A DNA stretch of 20,975 bases from a virus (taxonomy: Duplodnaviria > Heunggongvirae > Uroviricota > Caudoviricetes): positions 1 to 20,975 of the IMG/VR virus record IMGVR_UViG_2728369187_000006. One strand, written 5' to 3'. The position numbers and the translations under genes were made by a program. The notes beneath the pieces were generated by a model, which worked only from the letters and a program-made list of their open reading frames with translations, did no database searches and was not told where the DNA came from. Below are positions 16,725-20,975 of this stretch, one piece after another (position 1 is the stretch's first letter; each line of letters starts with the position of its first letter).

Positions 16725-16770
16725 GGTACCAGCTTGTACCCTTGCTTCCGGCTGGTACCGTCCTTTTTAC
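16725..16770 (+). terminator. Candidate intrinsic terminator / structured element in early-left non-coding region
   Basis: 9-bp stem GGTACCAGC / GCTGGTACC (16725..16733 and 16751..16759) with a 17-nt loop, followed by GTCCTTTTTAC. The loop and stem carry CTTGTACC and GGTACC, the same half-site as the operators. Confidence 0.4.
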
Positions 16771-16981
16771 AAAACAGAGAAGAGCATCACCGGACGACGG
16801 GCTCATAACCCAATCCATCCGGGCGGCTGCCACCGCAGGTGTTCTTCTCTGTTTTGTGGAGAAACTAACCGCCCCTACGGGGGCATTTATGGAAATGTAA
16901 TTGACTCAATAATCGCCGGACGGTGAGGGCTTCCTTTTACCCGAATTCAACGCGGTGCAGTGCATATACGTGGAGAACAAA

Positions 16982-17518
16982 ATGTCATTTATTAAAACTT
17001 TTTCCGGGAAGCATTTTTATTATGACAAGATAAATAAAGACGACATCGATATTAACGATATCGCGGTTTCCCTTTCAAATATCTGTCGCTTTGCCGGTCA
17101 TCTTTCGCACTTCTACAGCGTCGCCCAACATGCGGTTCTTTGCAGCCAGCTGGTGCCGCAGGAATTTGCTTTTGAAGCGTTAATGCATGATGCAACAGAA
17201 GCGTATTGCCAGGACATTCCCGCACCACTGAAACGCCTTCTTCCTGACTATAAACGGATGGAAGAAAAAATAGACGCCGTAATCCGTGAGAAATACGAGT
17301 TACCCCCAGTTATGAGTACACCCGTGAAATATGCCGATCTCATCATGCTGGCAACCGAACGCCGCGATCTCGGGCTTGATGATGGCTCTTTCTGGCCTGT
17401 ACTGGAAGGCATCCCGGCAACAGAGATGTTCAACGTGATTCCACTGGCACCGGGTCATGCCTACGGGATGTTTATGGAACGTTTTAACGATTTATCGGAG
17501 TTACGCAAATGCGCATGA
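16982..17518 (+). CDS. HD-domain phosphohydrolase
   Basis: H...HD metal-binding pattern (SVAQHAVL ... ALMHDATEAY). Start at ATG 16982 is preferred (GGAGA RBS) over the ORF-track start at 16955. Confidence 0.75.
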   Translation: MSFIKTFSGKHFYYDKINKDDIDINDIAVSLSNICRFAGHLSHFYSVAQHAVLCSQLVPQEFAFEALMHDATEAYCQDIPAPLKRLLPDYKRMEEKIDAVIREKYELPPVMSTPVKYADLIMLATERRDLGLDDGSFWPVLEGIPATEMFNVIPLAPGHAYGMFMERFNDLSELRKCA

Positions 17519-17871
17519 ATGTTTTCGAAATGGAAGGGTTTCTTCGCGGGAAATGTGTACCGCGAGATCTGAAAGTGAACGAAACAAATGCTGAGTACCT
17601 GGTACGTAAATTCGACGCGCTTGAAGCTAAATGTGCGGCACTGGAAAACAAAATAATACCAGTGTCAGCTGAACTGCCACCAGCAAATGAAAGTGTTCTG
17701 TTATTTGATGCTAATGGAGAAGGCTGGCTGATTGGCTGGCGTTCTCTCTGGTACACCTGGGGACAAAAAGAAACCGGAGAATGGCAGTGGATATTTCAGG
17801 TCGGGGACCTTGAAAACGTCAATATCACTCACTGGGCAGTAATGCCAAAAGCACCGGAGGCTGGAGCATAA
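17509..17871 (+). CDS. DUF551-like phage protein
   Basis: Trp-rich C-terminus ending ITHWAVMPKAPE resembles the DUF551 THWMPLP signature from memory. Overlaps the HD gene end by 10 nt. Confidence 0.65.
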   Translation: MRMNVFEMEGFLRGKCVPRDLKVNETNAEYLVRKFDALEAKCAALENKIIPVSAELPPANESVLLFDANGEGWLIGWRSLWYTWGQKETGEWQWIFQVGDLENVNITHWAVMPKAPEAGA

Positions 17872-18176
17872 TGACCACATTTACCAATAAAGAACTGATT
17901 AAAGAAATCAAAGAACGAATCAGCAGCCTAGAGGTTCGAGACGATATTGAGCGCCGTGCTTATGAAATCGCACTCGTATCTCTGGAAGTAGAGCCAGATG
18001 AACGCGAAGCCTATGAATTATTCATGGAAAAGCGTTTCGGTGACTTAGTAGATCGTCGGAGAGCAAAAAACGGCGATAACGAATACATGGCATGGGATAT
18101 GACTCTCGGTTGGATCGTCTGGCAGCAACGAGCTGGTATCCATTTTTCAACAATGACACAGCAAGAGGTGAAATAA
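17871..18176 (+). CDS. Hypothetical protein (exo-xis-region-like accessory gene)
   Basis: 101-aa ORF with a charged, protein-like sequence in the int-proximal accessory region. No family recognised. Confidence 0.55.
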   Translation: MTTFTNKELIKEIKERISSLEVRDDIERRAYEIALVSLEVEPDEREAYELFMEKRFGDLVDRRRAKNGDNEYMAWDMTLGWIVWQQRAGIHFSTMTQQEVK

Positions 18177-18274
18177 TGGAGCCATACAGCCTCACACTCG
18201 ATGAGGCCTGTTCATTGCTCAATGATATCCAGACCTACCATCGCCGCATCAATGCGGCTTTTTCTTGCGTGTAA
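18176..18274 (+). CDS. Very small hypothetical ORF (32 aa)
   Basis: AGAGGTG RBS 6 nt upstream; ATG overlaps the upstream stop (TAATG). Too short for a confident call. Confidence 0.3.
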   Translation: MEPYSLTLDEACSLLNDIQTYHRRINAAFSCV

Positions 18275-18290
18275 TTGCGGAGACTTTGCG

Positions 18291-18509
18291 ATGTACTTGA
18301 CACTTCAGGAGTGGAACGCTCGCCAGCGACGCCCAAGAAGCCTTGAAACAGTTCGTCGATGGGTGCGCGAATGCAGGATATTCCCTCCTCCGGTTAAGGA
18401 TGGAAGAGAGTATCTGTTCCACGAATCAGCGGTAAAGGTTGACTTAAATCGACCAGTAACAGGTAGCCTTTTGAAGAGGATCAGAAATGGGAAGAAGGCG
18501 AAGTCATGA
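18291..18509 (+). CDS. xis: Excisionase Xis (lambda-type)
   Basis: 72 aa from the internal ATG 18291 (MYLTLQEWNARQRRPRSLETVRRWVRECRIFPPPVKDGREYLFHESAVKVDLNRPVTGSLLKRIRNGKKAKS), matching lambda Xis from memory. Overlaps the int start as in lambda. Confidence 0.92.
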   Translation: MYLTLQEWNARQRRPRSLETVRRWVRECRIFPPPVKDGREYLFHESAVKVDLNRPVTGSLLKRIRNGKKAKS

Positions 18510-19557
18510 GCGCCGGGATTTACCCCCTAACCTTTATATAAGAAACAATGGATATTACTGCTACAGGGACCCAAGGACGGGTAAAGAGTTCGGATTAGGC
18601 AGAGACAGGAGGATAGCAATTACTGAAGCAATACAGGCAAACATTGAGTTATTTTCAGGACACAAACACAAGCCTCTGACAGCGAGAATCAACAGTGATA
18701 ATTCTGTTACGTTACATTCATGGCTTGATCGCTACGAAAAAATCCTCGCCAGCAGAGGAATCAAGCAGAAGACACTTATAAATTACATGAGCAAAATTAA
18801 AGCAATAAGGAGGGGGCTACCTGATGTTCCACTTGAAGACATCACCACAAAAGAAATTGCAGCAATGCTCAATGGATACATAGACGAGGGCAAGGCGGCG
18901 TCAGCCAAGTTAATCAGATCAACACTGAGCGATGCATTCCGAGAGGCAATAGCTGAAGGCCATATAACAACAAACCCGGTCGCTGCCACTCGCGCAGCAA
19001 AATCAGAGGTAAGGAGATCAAGACTTACGGCTGACGAATACCTGAAAATTTATCAAGCAGCAGAATCATCACCATGTTGGCTTAGACTTGCAATGGAACT
19101 GGCTGTTGTTACCGGGCAGCGAGTTGGTGATTTATGCGAAATGAAGTGGTCTGATATCGTAGATGGATATCTTTATGTCGAGCAAAGCAAAACAGGCGTA
19201 AAAATTGCCATCCCAACAGCATTGCATGTTGATGCTCTCGGAATATCAATGAAGGAAACACTTGATAAATGCAAAGAGATTCTTGGCGGAGAAACCATAA
19301 TTGCATCTACTCGTCGCGAACCGCTTTCATCCGGCACAGTATCAAGGTATTTTATGCGCGCACGAAAAGCATCAGGTCTTTCCTTCGAAGGGGATCCGCC
19401 TACCTTTCACGAGTTGCGCAGTTTGTCTGCAAGACTCTATGAGAAGCAGATAAGCGATAAGTTTGCTCAACATCTTCTCGGGCATAAGTCGGACACCATG
19501 GCATCACAGTATCGTGATGACAGAGGCAGGGAGTGGGACAAAATTGAAATCAAATAA
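18487..19557 (+). CDS. int: Site-specific tyrosine integrase Int (lambda-type)
   Basis: 356 aa, essentially lambda Int from memory (MGRRRSHERRDLPPNLYIRNNGYYCYRDPRTGKEFGLGRDRRIAITEAIQANIELF...), followed directly by the att site. Confidence 0.95.
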   Translation: MGRRRSHERRDLPPNLYIRNNGYYCYRDPRTGKEFGLGRDRRIAITEAIQANIELFSGHKHKPLTARINSDNSVTLHSWLDRYEKILASRGIKQKTLINYMSKIKAIRRGLPDVPLEDITTKEIAAMLNGYIDEGKAASAKLIRSTLSDAFREAIAEGHITTNPVAATRAAKSEVRRSRLTADEYLKIYQAAESSPCWLRLAMELAVVTGQRVGDLCEMKWSDIVDGYLYVEQSKTGVKIAIPTALHVDALGISMKETLDKCKEILGGETIIASTRREPLSSGTVSRYFMRARKASGLSFEGDPPTFHELRSLSARLYEKQISDKFAQHLLGHKSDTMASQYRDDRGREWDKIEIK

Positions 19558-19660
19558 TGATTTTATTTTGACTGATAGTGACCTGTTCGTTGCAACAAAT
19601 TGATAAGCAATGCTTTTTTATAATGCCAACTTAGTATAAAAAAGCAGGCTTCAACGGATT
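19558..19660 (-). other. attL (BOP'): lambda core GCTTTTTTATACTAA flanked by phage P' arm and bacterial B arm
   Basis: Minus strand reads TGAAGCCTGCTTTTTTATACTAAGTTGGCATTATAAAAAAGCATTGCTTATCAATTTGTTGCAACGAACAGGTCACTATCAGTCAAAATAAAATCATT. The core is at 19631..19645, and the B half matches lambda attB (TGAAGCCTGCTTTTTTATACTAA). Confidence 0.9.
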
Positions 19661-19691
19661 CATTTTTCTATTTCATAGCCCGGAGCAACCT

Positions 19692-20975
19692 GTGAACACA
19701 TTTTCAGTTTCCCGTCTGGCGCTGGCATTGGCTTTTGGCGTGACGCTGACCGCCTGTAGCTCAACACCGCCCGATCAACGTCCTTCTGATCAAACCGCGC
19801 CTGGTACCTCTTCTCGCCCGATTCTGTCGGCAAAAGAAGCGCAGAATTTCGATGCTCAACACTATTTTGCATCCCTGACACCAGGTGCGGCAGCGTGGAA
19901 TCCTTCCCCGATTACCCTGCCTGCGCAACCTGACTTTGTTGTCGGCCCGGCGGGTACTCAAGGTGTAACGCATACCACGATTCAGGCGGCGGTAGATGCG
20001 GCAATTATCAAGCGCACCAACAAGCGCCAGTATATTGCCGTGATGCCTGGTGAGTATCAGGGAACGGTATATGTCCCTGCCGCTCCGGGTGGAATTACTC
20101 TGTACGGTACAGGTGAAAAACCGATTGATGTGAAGATTGGGCTTTCCCTTGATGGGGGCATGAGCCCTGCCGACTGGCGTCATGACGTCAACCCGCGCGG
20201 CAAATATATGCCAGGTAAACCAGCGTGGTATATGTACGATAGCTGCCAGAGCAAACGCAGCGACAGTATCGGCGTTCTCTGCTCTGCGGTCTTCTGGTCA
20301 CAAAACAATGGCCTGCAACTGCAAAACCTGACCATCGAAAACACGCTGGGCGATAGCGTAGATGCAGGTAACCATCCGGCGGTGGCACTGCGTACTGATG
20401 GCGACAAAGTGCAGATCAATAACGTCAACATTCTCGGTCGTCAAAATACCTTCTTTGTCACCAACAGTGGTGTGCAAAACCGTCTGGAAACCAACCGTCA
20501 GCCGCGTACTCTGGTGACCAACAGTTACATTGAAGGGGATGTGGATATCGTTTCTGGTCGCGGCGCAGTGGTGTTCGATAACACCGAATTCCGCGTGGTG
20601 AACTCACGTACTCAGCAAGAAGCGTATGTGTTTGCACCGGCTACGCTGTCTAACATCTATTACGGTTTCCTCGCCGTAAACAGCCGTTTCAATGCTTCCG
20701 GTGATGGCGTGGCGCAACTGGGTCGCTCGCTGGATGTTGATGCCAATACCAACGGTCAGGTGGTGATCCGTGATAGCGCCATCAACGAAGGTTTTAACAC
20801 GGCGAAACCGTGGGCCGATGCGGTGATTTCCAATCGTCCATTCGCAGGTAACACCGGCAGCGTTGACGATAGCGACGAAATACAACGCAATCTGAATGAC
20901 ACTAACTACAACCGCATGTGGGAATACAATAACCGCGGCGTGGGTAGTAAAGTGGTTGCAGAGGCGAAGAAGTAA
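19692..20975 (+). CDS. ybhC: Host YbhC, pectinesterase-family outer-membrane lipoprotein (acyl-CoA thioesterase)
   Basis: 427 aa with GTG start, signal peptide and lipobox (LTAC). Recognised from memory as E. coli YbhC, the gene next to attB-lambda. Complete in window, stop at 20973..20975. Confidence 0.88.
   Translation: MNTFSVSRLALALAFGVTLTACSSTPPDQRPSDQTAPGTSSRPILSAKEAQNFDAQHYFASLTPGAAAWNPSPITLPAQPDFVVGPAGTQGVTHTTIQAAVDAAIIKRTNKRQYIAVMPGEYQGTVYVPAAPGGITLYGTGEKPIDVKIGLSLDGGMSPADWRHDVNPRGKYMPGKPAWYMYDSCQSKRSDSIGVLCSAVFWSQNNGLQLQNLTIENTLGDSVDAGNHPAVALRTDGDKVQINNVNILGRQNTFFVTNSGVQNRLETNRQPRTLVTNSYIEGDVDIVSGRGAVVFDNTEFRVVNSRTQQEAYVFAPATLSNIYYGFLAVNSRFNASGDGVAQLGRSLDVDANTNGQVVIRDSAINEGFNTAKPWADAVISNRPFAGNTGSVDDSDEIQRNLNDTNYNRMWEYNNRGVGSKVVAEAKK

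Noticed and set aside
16769-16857. 15-bp inverted repeat considered as a retron msr/msd-like element
   Set aside because: No reverse transcriptase gene is nearby, so a retron is unlikely. Kept only as a structured-RNA or regulatory candidate.
16581-16926. ORFs of 74-112 aa in the GC-rich region (16581..16808, 16588..16926, 16609..16833, 16458..16700)
   Set aside because: Mutually overlapping in several frames and on both strands, with Arg/Pro/Cys/Gly-rich products and no RBS. Treated as non-coding structured sequence instead.
18783-19306. Minus-strand ORFs 18783..18989 and 19109..19306
   Set aside because: Antisense within the integrase gene, with no supporting signals.
19761-20885. Minus-strand ORFs (19761..20183, 20180..20431, 20188..20388, 20604..20885)
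   Set aside because: All lie antisense within ybhC, a well-recognised host gene, and are Arg/Cys-rich frame noise.

Overview
The window looks like one arm of a mosaic lambdoid prophage ending at attL, inserted at the canonical lambda attB next to host ybhC; all calls are by eye and from memory, with no searches run. On the minus strand, right to left, run a CII-like gene, a replication initiator with internal iterons, a nin-like block (PerC-like, Dam-like MTase, LexA-DBD-only protein, RusA, KilA-N, DUF968, Q-like antiterminator), a lambda-type lysis cassette, an HNH endonuclease, small and large terminase and the start of a portal gene that runs off the left edge. On the plus strand sit the cI-like repressor, early-left genes, lambda-identical xis and int, attL (core 19631..19645) and complete ybhC. 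The standout is an AT-rich two-gene cargo operon (5905..8739) between the Q-like gene and the holin, opposite in strand to the late genes: an OLD-family-like ABC ATPase with a putative TOPRIM C-terminus, translationally coupled to a C5-cytosine methyltransferase. This is a candidate defence or restriction-modification-like module at the Q-S hotspot where Stx phages carry stx. Secondary leads are a ClpX zinc-finger mimic, a LexA DNA-binding-domain-only protein, a second AT-rich moron, a structured non-coding region, and a frame-broken small gene with a hairpin at the break.
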